DNA of 63,952 nt, counting the filler, from Octopus bimaculoides (Eukaryota), in the NCBI RefSeq assembly GCF_001194135.2. It is 5 parts of 4 records of this genome, joined end to end, with 100 filler letters (N's around TTAATTAATTAA, not from the genome) between each part and the next. Parts side by side here need not be neighbours in the genome. Positions count along the whole stretch, not along the records: positions 19,256 to 33,702 come from NC_068984.1; positions 33,803 to 52,151 come from NC_068984.1; 3 more parts are not named here. The stretch is one strand, 5' to 3'. Every line of letters begins with the position of its first letter. The first letter of the stretch is position 1. A program made the position numbers and the translations under genes. Below, in pieces: positions 26,720 to 38,666 of the stretch. The notes beneath the pieces are model-generated. The model saw only the letters and a program-made list of their open reading frames with translations, was not told the DNA's origin and did no database searches.

Positions 26720-26878
26720 CGTATATATAGTTGAAATTCACAGGAAAACAAAAGACGAAGACAGGTGCATAAACAACAAGCAGGTGCATTAGTTTGTCGC
26801 TCGGGAAAATGAGAACGTATTTTATGTTTCGAGCCTACGCTCTTCAACAAAAAGGAACACGATGAAGTAAACAGAAAG
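26720..26878 (-). mobile_element. Terminal-repeat fragment, same family as 14150-14300
   Basis: Minus strand TTGAAGAGCGTAGGCTCGAAAC…CCCGAGCGACAAACTAATGCACC…CCTGTCTTCGTC. Confidence 0.6.
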
Positions 26879-27564
26879 AGATTAAATAAATGGAGTTATA
26901 CGCATGTGTTAAATGATTTCGTTTATTTCCGACATATGTTTCGAAGATTACAATTGGTTCAATCCAAAGGAATGAGTGATATTGAGAAAGATGTAATCTT
27001 CTCTTCGCATAAACATCAACTCAACCGTAAGACATTATTACCGAATGTAACAACTGCGAGTACAGAAGAATGCTACAAAGCTTATTTGAAAAAAAAAACG
27101 TTGGAAAATGCAACGCTACGAGACAGTACGTTGGACGAGGAAGGAAGAAAAAGAGGAAAAAAGAGAAAATTAGCATCTGGAGTGGAAAGTAAATAGAATG
27201 ATTTTAAACCAGATTAAAATTGAGAGAAAAGTATTTTATGTGTAATGGAAATATAAAAGGGAAATAATCGTGTATTTATACTTGTAGTATTGACATATAT
27301 GTATATATATATATGTATATATATNNNNNNNNNNNNNNNNNNNNNNNNNNNNNNNNNNNNNNNNNNNNNNNNNNNNNNNNNNNNNNNNNNNNNNNNNNNN
27401 NNNNNNNNNNNNNNNNNNNNNNNNNNNNNNNNNNNNNNNNNNNNNNNNNNNNNNNNNNNNNNNNNNNNNNNNNNNNNNNNNNNNNNNNNNNNNNNNNNNN
27501 NNNNNNNNNNNNNNNNNNNNNNNNNNNNNNNNNNNNNNNNNNNNNNNNNNNNNNNNNNATATAC

Positions 27565-27601
<37 letters not shown>

Positions 27602-28219
27602 CACACGATAAACGTATAGTGATAATGGTAACGTTATTTCTATAGGAAAATGATGCTAGTGTGTACTAGTAAGAGATCAAGTGTTTAACAATATAAAGTT
27701 GATAAATGCTCTGTTGAGCTAAAGAGAGAGAGTGTGTTATTAAATGAAATAGAAATTAGAAGGGGAAAGTTAAAGAATTAATGGTGTTAAAAAATTACTT
27801 CGTTGAACTAAGTTAATAGTTGTACCAAAATTTACTTCGATATCCACGCTCGATAGGTGTTGATGCAAGGATATACTTATGAATAAAATAAAGAGTTCTA
27901 TTTTGTGTAGAGCAGTATGTAATACGTAATAAAGTTGGGAAAAATATATTGATATATTTTTTGAAGGTAGATGGATGTAAGAAGGAGCAATGAAATCAAA
28001 AGTATAAAGTTATGGAGACATATCGTATTGATCATTGTTGAAAGTAATGTTTAAGTTCATGTTATATAGAAGTGCTGGATGTCCTAATTTGGATTTAAAA
28101 GATAAAAAGAGTACAGATAACATGTAATGGGATAATTAATTTGAATAGCTTGAAGTATGTAAATAAATAAATAAATAAATAAATAGGTAAGTTGTACCAG
28201 TAATATAAATTTGTAGGAG

Positions 28220-30620
28220 TTACTTATATGAACTAAATGTATGTCTTTGCCAATTTTTACATCTATATGCTCTTTCAATAATCGTATTAACCGGTTTGTT
28301 CTTCGAGAATAAAATGAAGAACAGTTCCATATTACATAACGGGCAAAATTCCTTACCTTTATCGTATGGTATTGATGTAGAGAGAATTAACCAGTCTAAA
28401 TTAAATTGCTTATTGTTATCTTTAAGTTCCCAAATTAACTTACTAAGACCCGTACTGTTGCGTTTATTTCTATTCCTAAATGAAGAATAATGGTTTGAAA
28501 TTCTTCTAGATATCTGCGACGGTGAGCAACCTACGTAAAAAGATACGTCGGTGAATGTCGTGACTTTACATTGATATACAGTGTTCTTGGATTTCACATT
28601 TTCACTTAAAAAACTAATTCTGTTGTTATTAACTTCCGAAATAATAATGTTGTTGTGGTAATTATTATTATTATATTTCTTATTATAATTATTGTTATTT
28701 AGGTTATTATCTGTGTTGTTATTGTTATAATGGTGATAGTTTGTATTGTCGGAATTAATGTTATTGCTATCAGTACCGGGATACGAATTTAATAGTCTAA
28801 TATTATGTGTAGATATTATTTGCGTGATATTTTTTGTGTTTGAAAATCCTAATCTAACCTTGTGTGTGTCTATGACTGGGAAATAGTGAGAATTTCTTGG
28901 AAAATTCTTATTAACAGCATTTCGGAACTGCAAAGCTAGATTAGATTTAATCGGTTTTCCAAATGGAATAATGAACCAGATATTTTTACCAGATCCAGGT
29001 TTTGTGTGGGTGTTATTATTTCTAAAAAAACTTCAATTTACCATTATTATTTAAAAAGGGGTTTAAGTATCGGTTACCTCCCCTATTATGTAAAAAAGCG
29101 TTTGTCTGTATATTATTGTCAACAAGGTTATAATGAGGACAATCATTGTGTTTATCGTTACCACCAATTTTAATGTCTTTATTTTCATAGGTAGAAAAAT
29201 CGTTAGTAGAATTAATGTATCTGACCTTTTCTTTATATCCTGCTTTTAGTAAGGCAGAGTTATAAAAGTCAGCCTCTTTGTTGAAAATATTTATACTTGC
29301 GGATAGATTTGACAATCGAAGTGATATGTTCCTAACTAAATTTCTGGTTACCGTTCTAGGATGATTGCTAAACTGGCTAATATACTTAAGGTTAATGGAG
29401 GGTTTATGATAAGGGAAGTAAGTATTGGTGTGTAAGTCTAGAGAAACACCAAGGAAATTGGCTATGGAGATTTCATCCTCAAAAATGATGCTAAAGCCCA
29501 TTCTTCGGAAAAACCTGACTAATCTATTCTTAACTTTTTGTAGTTGTTGGTTTGTGGCATTTTTGGAGATAGAGCAAACAATCATCTCGGTATAGACCTC
29601 CCCTAATGGTTGGGAATATATGTGCAGACCAAGTCAGCTATCTGTGCTGAGTCGGAACTTCCCATAGGCACGTCAAAACCATCGGGAGTATCCTTGCGTG
29701 TCCAGAGTTTATTGTTAAATTTAATTATAGATTTCCTAGCTACTAAAACAACATCAATCTCTTCTCTAGAAAGACCTGCCTTATTATGAGCAAACCAGAG
29801 TGCCTTATTGAGTATAATGGAGTTAATTGAAGAATAGAAGTTGGAGATATCTAACTGGATAAATTTGGTGTTATGCTTAACATTAATGTAACTAAACCAA
29901 TCTACTGCCTGGGATGAATTGGACCATAAACTAAGTTTTAATCTTTTTACTAAAGTAGGTATATATTTTTCTAGTATGTTTTTGCTAAGAACACCTATGT
30001 CCGATTTAGATGGGCAGATAAGACGTAATTTGGGGCTACTCTAAAAGTTTTTCTTGTGGTCCTTTAAAACAAAACGGGGTTGCTTGGGGTCCAAAGGTTC
30101 GGTCCTCTTTTGTAAGTTATATTTATTCATAATTTGTTTGGCTTCCAGGTTAGCTTTCCTAAGTACCACTTTACTTGTAATTCGATAATTCTTTTCTATT
30201 TCTATTTTGAGCAATTCCATGTAGTATTCTTTAGATAGTTTGTACAGGTTTCCCGTTTTGTCAGACTGAACCATCAATGCTATACCATCAATGCTATTAA
30301 TTTCTTTAGTAATGTTGTTAAGGTATCTCAGATGACTATTTCTTAATGGTGAACGGGGAAACTTAACATTCTTCACGATTGTCCATAGATATTCTTCGAA
30401 CTGCTTCAATCTCGGGTTTGGTGGAGGGTTGTTTCTGGATTTAAATAGTTTTTTAAAATCCGAAGTTGAATCCTCATGTTTTAGTTGAGCATTCTTGTTA
30501 TCAAAGAAAAAGGTTAGCCATCTCACTCAGTTGATGAAAGAGATTGTTTAAGGAATGTATTCCTTGGGGGAATGGGTATATCCTTAAGAGATGCGTTGAT
30601 GTTAAATAGCTCGATTTGCG
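28220..30620 (-). pseudogene. PLE reverse transcriptase + GIY-YIG endonuclease ORF, frameshifted
   Basis: RT motifs QLDISNFYSSI, VPMGSSDSAQIADL and YRDD (29581-29592); thumb FLGVSLDL…YFPYHKP; GIY-YIG TVYQCKV…FYVGCS…R…H, with a C-terminal CPLC. Confidence 0.9.
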
Positions 30621-30873
30621 GTAATTATTATATTAGCAGGTTACATAATGGCCTGTTTTAAGTATATTTAAATATATGTATTTATTTTCTCTTAGTTAAC
30701 AATTAACTCTGACAAAATAAATTGGTTAATAGTTACCAGGGTAGCAAAGTTCACAAAATAACTTTGGTGTAACTCCTGTTTACGAGGTAGAAACTCCCTG
30801 TTAATTTGAGGTATTTTGAATAAATATAAGATTAAATAAATGGAGTTATACGCATGTGTTAAATGATTTCTTT

Positions 30874-30965
30874 TATTTCCGACATATGTTTCGAAGATTA
30901 CAATTGGTTCAATCCAAAGGAATGAGTGATGTTGAGAAAGATGTAATCTTCTCTTCAGGGAAATA
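30874..30965 (-). ncRNA. Type I hammerhead ribozyme in the PLE pLTR
   Basis: Minus: TATTTCC-CTGAAGA-GAAGATTACA(39-nt loop)TGTAATCTTC-GAAAC-ATAT-GTC-GGAAATA. Gives 7-bp stem I, 10-bp stem II, 2-bp stem III with a palindromic loop, and a GUC site. Confidence 0.88.
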
Positions 30966-31251
30966 CACAAGAATCAACTCAACCGTAAGACATTATTACT
31001 GAATGTGACAACTGCGAGTAGAAAAGAATGTTACGTATCTTATTTGGAAAAAAACCGTTGGAAAATGCAACGCTACGAGACAGTACGTTGGACGAGGAAG
31101 GAAGAAAAAGAAGAAAAAAGAGAAAATTAGCATCAGGAGTGGAAAGTAAATAGAATGATTTTAAACCAGATTAAAATTGAGAGAAAAGTATTTTATGTTT
31201 AATGGAAATATAAAAGGGAAATAATCGTGTATTTATACTTGTAGTATTGAC

Positions 31252-31282
<31 letters not shown>

Positions 31283-31619
31283 CACACGATAAACGTATAG
31301 TGGTAATGGTAACGTTATTTCTATAGGAAAATGATGCTAGTGTGTACTAGTAAGAGATCAAGTGTTTAACAATATATAAAGGTGATAAATGCTCTGTTGA
31401 TCTAAAGAGGGGAAAGTTAAAGAATTAATGGAGTTTAAAAATTACTTCGTTGAACTAAGTTAATATTTGTACCAAAATTTACTTCGATATCCACGCTCGA
31501 TAGGTGTTCTAAATAAGCTATGTAGCATTCTTCTCTACTCGCAGTTATCACATTCGGTAATAATGTCTTACGGTTGAGTTGATTTTTATGCATTTCCATG
31601 AAGAGAAGATTATATCACA

Positions 31620-33560
31620 TAGGAAAAGAAGATCTGTTTTGCTAGAAGAACATCTTTTGGAAACAACTGCAGGATACCAATTAAACTTCAAATTGTCGAT
31701 CGCTACCTGTTCCTTGGAGGTACCATCAAAGGAAGGAATGAAAGAAAGGTCAAAGGAAACTTCGAAAGACGTAACTCTTTATGGCTAAAGAAATTAAATT
31801 TCTCATGTTTATCAATTCAAAATTGAGAAAAGGTGCTGAATATCTACGATGAATGTGTAAGACGGGGAAAATACGATTCATTGAAAGGAATTTTTGACAT
31901 CGCAAAGGAAAACGGTGAATGGCTGTGCAGTGAGGATAGAAGGTTATATTATCTGCAAATTGAAAGCAAGGGACAGGTTGGGTATGGAACTGGAAAGGCA
32001 GCCAGTTCCAAAAGTATCCATCCATCCAAAAGAAGAAGAGTGTCCTTAATGCCAACTTCAACCAGAGCAACTCCGTGTCATCGTCAACCTCTGAAGTAGA
32101 GACTGAAAGTGAATATCAAGAGTCCGAGAAATCAGATGAAGAATCCACACACACAAGGAGGAAGTATAGCAAAACTGGAACTACAACCAAGTTAGCAATA
32201 CCTTCCAAGCTAACAACCCAAAAGCAGCAATTGTTTGTTGGCAATTATCTCAAGATGGAATCAATGTCGAGACTCCTTCCCCGTCTGGTATTTACTGATT
32301 GACTATCAAAGAAGATAGTGAACTAAAAAAGAAAATGAAGAAAACACTACATTTAGAAAACTGGTCTTTGCATTTTGAAGGTAAACGTATTGATGATCAA
32401 GAATACCAAGGGCTAGTTTTAAAGAATGAACAGGGAGAAGTTAAGTTAGAAGCACCCCGATTACCAAACGGAAAAGCCGAAACTGTTGTGAAAGGAATAC
32501 CAGCTGTTTTAGACGAATACAGCTTATGGAACTGTATAAAGATGATTGTCGCTGATACGAGTGTGAACACTGGGAAAAGAAATGGCATTGTCATTCAGTT
32601 CCAAAGACTGTTTGCTCAAAAGGATTTGAAAGAACCGCATTTTATTGGTTGTCAGCATCATATCCTTGATAAAGTTCGTGTTGTAATGGATCACGAACTT
32701 GGAGAAAAAAAGTCATCTCTAAATATTGAATATACATTCATCCCAAAGCTTCTAAGTAATTATGAGAAACTCCAGGCTAATTTCAACAATGGTGAAGAAA
32801 GGATTACTAAATCAGCAGGATGGCGAGATGACATGAAATTTCTATTTCATTTGACTAGAGTTTTTCGTTTCTTTGAAGAAACCGAAAAATTTCCTACTGT
32901 AAAGTTTTTAAAAATACCCAACTTAAGTAATGCAAGATGGAATTCTCGAGCAATACTAGCTCTTTTGGCATTTATTCTTCTACCAGAGAAAAGAGTTTTG
33001 CTTCTCAATGTTTGTCGATTCATCTCTTACTGCCTTCAAGATCTTTATTATGTTTGTAACAAGAAGTAGAAACTTCAGCTTCGATTTATTTTATCTAACA
33101 AAACATATTAATTCTTTTTAATGTTTAAAAAATTGCTAACATTCAGCACCCCTTTTCTTATACAGTTATTTAAAATTGGAATTAAACCTATAAAGTTAAA
33201 AAATATGTATTGTTTTTAATTTTGCATGTTATCGAATGCTTGTAGTGGCATAGTTTTTAACCTTTGCGTAGAGCAATTTCAATTCAGTTATCTTAAAAAT
33301 GTATAAATGCACTTTTATTCCATATCTCTCTTGCGTTTACAAGAATTTAGACAGCGGAAATACTGAAGTGTGAATCTAGTGCCACCTAGTGATTATAGCT
33401 TTAAAAGCCTATAACTCCGAAACTACTTCAACTAGAAAGCTGAAATTTCAGATATAATATTTCTGCATTGCATTGAGTCAGCACACCAAGTTTGGTAAAA
33501 ACTTGAGCAGGTGTTATGAACCACCCATCCTAGAATTTTGTACGATTTAAGTTAAAAGTA
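31620..33560 (+). mobile_element. Decayed DDE transposase, probably hAT-superfamily-like (hATm-type); 5' end missing
   Basis: WSLHFEGKR…IVADTSVNTGKRNG…FIGCQHH (CxxH)…LSNARWNSRAI resembles the LHWDGK/FDTTASNTG/CRHH family. The subfamily label is from memory and unverified. Confidence 0.55.
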
Positions 33561-33702
33561 GTGATCAACTACTTAAGTTGAGTGGTGAGGTCTTTTTTTT
33601 TTTTTTCAAATAAAGCAAAATAAACGTTAGTTTCCTGACTTTTCAGAAATTGTTCATTGAATTACAGTATAGGGTTATTAAGTTGTGAAAAGTCATAACC
33701 CT

Positions 33703-33802
33703 NNNNNNNNNNNNNNNNNNNNNNNNNNNNNNNNNNNNNNNNNNNNTTAATTAATTAANNNNNNNNNNNNNNNNNNNNNNNNNNNNNNNNNNNNNNNNNN
33801 NN
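33703..33802. other. Assembly spacer N44-TTAATTAATTAA-N44
   Basis: Same 100-nt structure as 19156. Confidence 0.9.
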
Positions 33803-34502
33803 CAATCGTGAAATCTGCATCCACTTCAGTGTCTTCCACAGCAGTAATATTTTCTTCAGAAAATACATCTTCGTCAGACATCTGAAGGCCATTTTCTGGT
33901 GGTATTGGAATAGGAAGATCATCATCGTTGTGTGGTACTGGTCTTCTTGCTGATTCCAAGTTGGGATACACAATCTTATGCTTGGTCTTTACAGTAAACC
34001 CACATACATTAACGCTGCAGAAATAACAACCCATGAAATGATCCTTTGGCTCTCTCCATATCATAGGTATTGCAAACGGCATTGCTCTCTTCCTCTTATT
34101 TAACCAATCCCTTAGTCCATTTGAACAAGCTGAGCAGATGATGTGTAAGGCCCAACTCTTATCTTGATTCCCGAGAGAGCAGCCAAAGTATAACTGGTAG
34201 ACCTTCTTGATTTCACTTGTGATGACACGTTGCTGAGCTTTGGTGGTAAATGAACCACAGACATGACAAAATATATCAGGACTGTTCTTGCAATGCCTTA
34301 ACATCCTGAGTAGAGTTTGATGATGACTTGGCACCTTAAACAGAAAGTAAAATTTATGAACAGAAAAGATTATGAAAACATAAAATTACAGAAAAACTGT
34401 GCCTGGTAGACGGAAACCGATTACATTTTTGAAATCCACGGACAAAAACCACATATAAAATACCATATAATATCCCTGATGAAAATTGGCTGTTGACCAG
34501 TG
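33803..34502 (-). mobile_element. 5' end of a Chapaev3-like (CMC) transposon
   Basis: Terminus reads CACTGGTCAAC on the minus strand (34502). Open N-terminal zinc-binding domain CKNSPDIFCHVCG…YFG…NQDKSWALHIICSAC…WREPKDHFMGCYFC…YPNLESARRPVPH. Confidence 0.65.
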
Positions 34503-36822
34503 TTATTAATAAATCTCAGGGTAGTAAAAAATTTTAGAAATTCTATTTGCTACAAGTGGTCTAGCGAGAAGAAAAAAAAACTAGTCAATAAACTATATAT
34601 TATTCATATAGATACATATAGTGTACATTTAAACATGCAAGAGAATGTCCATAATAGGACATCTAACCCGCTAGAAAGAGCAGTCAAACTCCAAACCAAA
34701 ATTAGGGATAATTTCGAAAGGGAATGAAAAATAAAAACATTTACCATCTATTTCCTGAACCAAGGTTTCAAGCTATTTTTAACAAAATAAAATAATTTGC
34801 AAGGCCAGCTATCATCAGCAAGAAAGCCAAGATTAACACATAAATACGATGCAATACATAGAAACATGCCTCGTGCTTATATGTTATAATTTTTCATATG
34901 TACCGCGCATTTGCGGTTTTTCTTATGGACAGCAAATACAAAAAATGCCGATTTTCTTCCAGAAATTAGCCAAAAAANNNNNNNNNNNNNNNNNNNNNNN
35001 NNNNNNNNNNNNNNNNNNNNNNNNNNNNNNNNNNNNNNNNNNNNNNNNNNNNNNNNNNNNNNNNNNNNNNNNNNNNNNNNNNNNNNNNNNNNNNNNNNNN
35101 NNNNNNNNNNNNNNNNNNNNNNNNNNNNNNNNNNNNNNNNNNNNNNNNNNNNNNNNNNNNNNNNNNNNNNNNNNNNNNNNNNNNNNNNNNNNNNNNNNNN
35201 NNNNNNNNNNNNNNNNNNNNNNNNNNNNNNNNNNNNNNNNNNNNNNNNNNNNNNNNNNNNNNNNNNNNNNNNNNNNNNNNNNNNNNNNNNNNNNNNNNNN
35301 NNNNNNNNNNNNNNNNNNNNNNNNNNNNNNNNNNNNNNNNNNNNNNNNNNNNNNNNNNNNNNNNNNNNNNNNNNNNNNNNNNNNNNNNNNNNNNNNNNNN
35401 NNNNNNNNNNNNNNNNNNNNNNNNNNNNNNNNNNNNNNNNNNNNNNNNNNNNNNNNNNNNNNNNNNNNNNNNNNATATATATATATATATAATGTTTATA
35501 TACCAACAGAATGTGGCAATCCTATAAAGGACAATGTTACTGTTGTCTTAACCCCAGAAAAAGATCTTTTCCAGCTGGCTATCAACACAATTTGTGTCCG
35601 TATAGCATGTGCAGGAGAGATCCCTACCTTGTGGGTGTCACACTGAGGACGGATAACATCCAGAAACCTAGGTCAGTGAGTATCACGCATGGCTGAAGAT
35701 AGGAGCGATGGTCAAAAGTGACGTTGCTTATCTGCAAGTAAACACTTGGTCACTTGAGAAACAGAGTTCGGCTTTAGTAAAACTGCTATGAAAATAATAG
35801 CCAATTGTTTTTGAAAGCATGTCAAAGTAGACCACCACTTTGTTATTGAGTATGATATTATGTGTTGATATTTATGTGGTGTTCCTAATATTATGTAATT
35901 TTATTTATTGTAAATGGAAAATTGTTACATTCTCTTTTATTTCAGTCCCATTACGCTTGAGCTCAAAAGAAAGGAAACGAATGCGAAAAATACAAACTGG
36001 TGACTCAAGAGTAACTGATGATATACAGCTTGATGCGAAAGGTTTGAAATTGTATTTAAATGAAGTAGCTTTACGTTAACTATAACTGATCAACAAATTC
36101 ATGTCTATTGAAATTTACTTTAGAGTGTAAATTCTATTTTGCAAATAGTTGTAGATGCCTTTCAACATATTTTTTTTGATTGTAAATATATATATTACTG
36201 TACATTGACCATCAAAAACTATAGTATTAGGGACCTTAAAACTAAATTTATATAATCAAGTTCAGAGTAACAATCATAAGCGCACCCACTTCCCTCTCAT
36301 ACACAAAACATTGCTATTAATTTTCCCTTGAGCATATGCACTCTCTCTACCTTTCTCCCACTCTCTCAGTCACTCACTACCATTATGAGGCAGTCTTCAG
36401 CGAACAGTAAACCTGTTTTGTAATTATATTTTTAAAAAAAAATGAGATTCAGATCTAACGACTGAATGATACAACTCAACTAAATGCACTTATACCTAAA
36501 CATGCTCTATTAATAGGCTGTTTAGGTGAACATTAATGGGAGAAATATTAGTAGAGGGCAACTTTTCCCATGAAAACTGAATCTATTTCACTTCTTTTAA
36601 TTATTAACCATTCACCTAATTAATTGCTTGAATAATCGACTCATTAGTTGTTTTGTCGGAGCGATTTTGTTACCAATCGTTACTTCAGCAATCATGTGTC
36701 CAAACTGGATCTAGTGGATTTTGTTATTGTATTTACGCATTTAGGGATGAGTGAGGGCGAATGACCGCAAGTGTATGGGTGTACATCCAGTTGAGGTTAA
36801 GTTTCTTGTCTCTTTTGGTCAT

Positions 36823-36876
<54 letters not shown>

Positions 36877-37239
36877 GATTGCTTGTTAGAGTATGCATGT
36901 ATACAAGTGCGTGCATATGCGTGTACGGATATGTTTATCGTATAATCCTGTTATCTTCCTTCAGTGAGTCATAGTTCTATGACTTTCCTCTCACTCTTTA
37001 CGGTTGAAGGATTAATTAATCCATCGACACATATATGTACGTGTTGTTACACGCATATCCACTGCCACCCACATGCGTAGACATATAAACATTTATACAT
37101 ATGTATACACATATAGTTATATAGATATATTGATATTAATGTATACACATGTGCACACACACATTACAAGCATACCACACCTATGCACAGGGTAACCTAT
37201 CGTCTGATTATACACACTGAAATATATTTGTATATACAC

Positions 37240-37275
<36 letters not shown>

Positions 37276-37326
37276 TCACGCACACACACACACACACATA
37301 CACACACACACATACACACACACATA

Positions 37327-38582
37327 CGTGGTCTGATCTATAAGTATCCAGACTGTTGCCATAGTAACGAAGTTAAAGCACGCAGAGTGAAGCCACTTGG
37401 TGCGGATTGACCTTGAATTCAGCCGTGCATGCGAACTAAGTTTTAACGTTCTTGCTCACTTCCGCTGTTTACAGCAGTGCTTAGAAGGAAGGTGTGTAGC
37501 GTGTGATCGTTACATTGACCATGACAGAGAAAACTGAGCAGAAAATCTGCATCAAATTTTGCCAAAAGCTTTGCGATACCTGCTCAGAGGCTTTATTCTT
37601 TTATTTGTTTCAGTCATTTGACTGCGGCCTTGCTGGAGCACTGCCTTTAGTCGACCAAATCGACTCCAGGATATTTTCTTTATAAGCCTAGTACTTATTC
37701 TATCGGTTTCTTTTGCTGAACACGCCAACATCGGTTGTCAAGTGATAGTGGGGGACAAACACAGACCCCCCCACACACATATATACACATGACTGGTTTA
37801 TTTCAATTTCGTATACCAAATCCACTCACAAGGCTTTGGTCGACCCGAGGCTATAGCAGAAGACATTTGCCCAAGGTTCCACGTAATGAGACTGAACCCA
37901 GAACCATGTGGTTGGTAAGTAAACTACTTACCGCAGAGTCCCCCCTGCGCCTATATGAAAAGTTATGCAAAGTTTTCAAAAGGTTTTCATTGATCTCGAC
38001 ACAGTCAAGGAGATCTTGTGCAACTGAAACATGGGTGTCTTCTTGGTCAGCTGATAGCAGTCTTGACATAAACTTGGCAGACACGCATCTCATACCCAAA
38101 TCTTCAATGATAATGGACTGAACTGAAACGTACCTAATCTGCACATCCTCTGATAACACACAGATGGTGATTCGACGATTTCCCCTCACAGCTACACGCA
38201 CATTTTTCTCGGTTCTGTTGGTTGTGGTTCTCCCAGAAAGTTCGTCAATATCAACATTTTTTCGGCCATCTTGGAAACGTTTGAACCACTCGTACACTTG
38301 TGTGCGGCTGATACATTCTTTTCCATACACTTTCTGCAACTTTGTCTAGGCCTTTGGGTAGGTATCGCTATGACAACTTCCTCTGTTATGGTCAATGCGA
38401 CGATCACACGTTACACAACTTCCTTCCAAGCACTGCTGTAAACAGCAGAAGTGAGCTATGGCGTTAAACTTAGTACACATGCATAGCAGAGTTCAAGGTC
38501 AATCTTTGCTAGGCAGCTTCACTCTGCATACTTCAGCTTCGTTACTATGGCAATAATCTGGATACTTATTGATCAGGCATCG
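37327..38582. mobile_element. Mariner derivative made of two inverted 5' ends, with TA flanks
   Basis: TIR CGTGGTCTGATCTATAAGTATCCAGA at left and its inverse at right. Both arms carry the 5' UTR and transposase start (left MTEKTEQKICIKFCQKL; right …VYEWFKRFQDGRKNVDIDELSGR…). Confidence 0.82.
37590..37952 (-). mobile_element. SINE family A, near full length, inside the mariner derivative
   Basis: Both head and tail match other family A copies. Confidence 0.8.
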
Positions 38583-38666
38583 TATGTATGTGTGTATGCG
38601 TGCGTGTGTGTGTGTGTGTGTGTGTCTGTGTCTGTGTGTGTGTATTATAATACATATATATATATA

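Larger units (their letters stand above)
26879..31616 (-). mobile_element. Near-complete Penelope-like element: pLTR-ORF-pLTR plus partial inverted pLTR
   Basis: Direct repeats 26879-27861 and 30829-31508; 31508-31616 is an inverted copy of ~30939-31048; RT plus GIY-YIG ORF between them. Confidence 0.92.
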
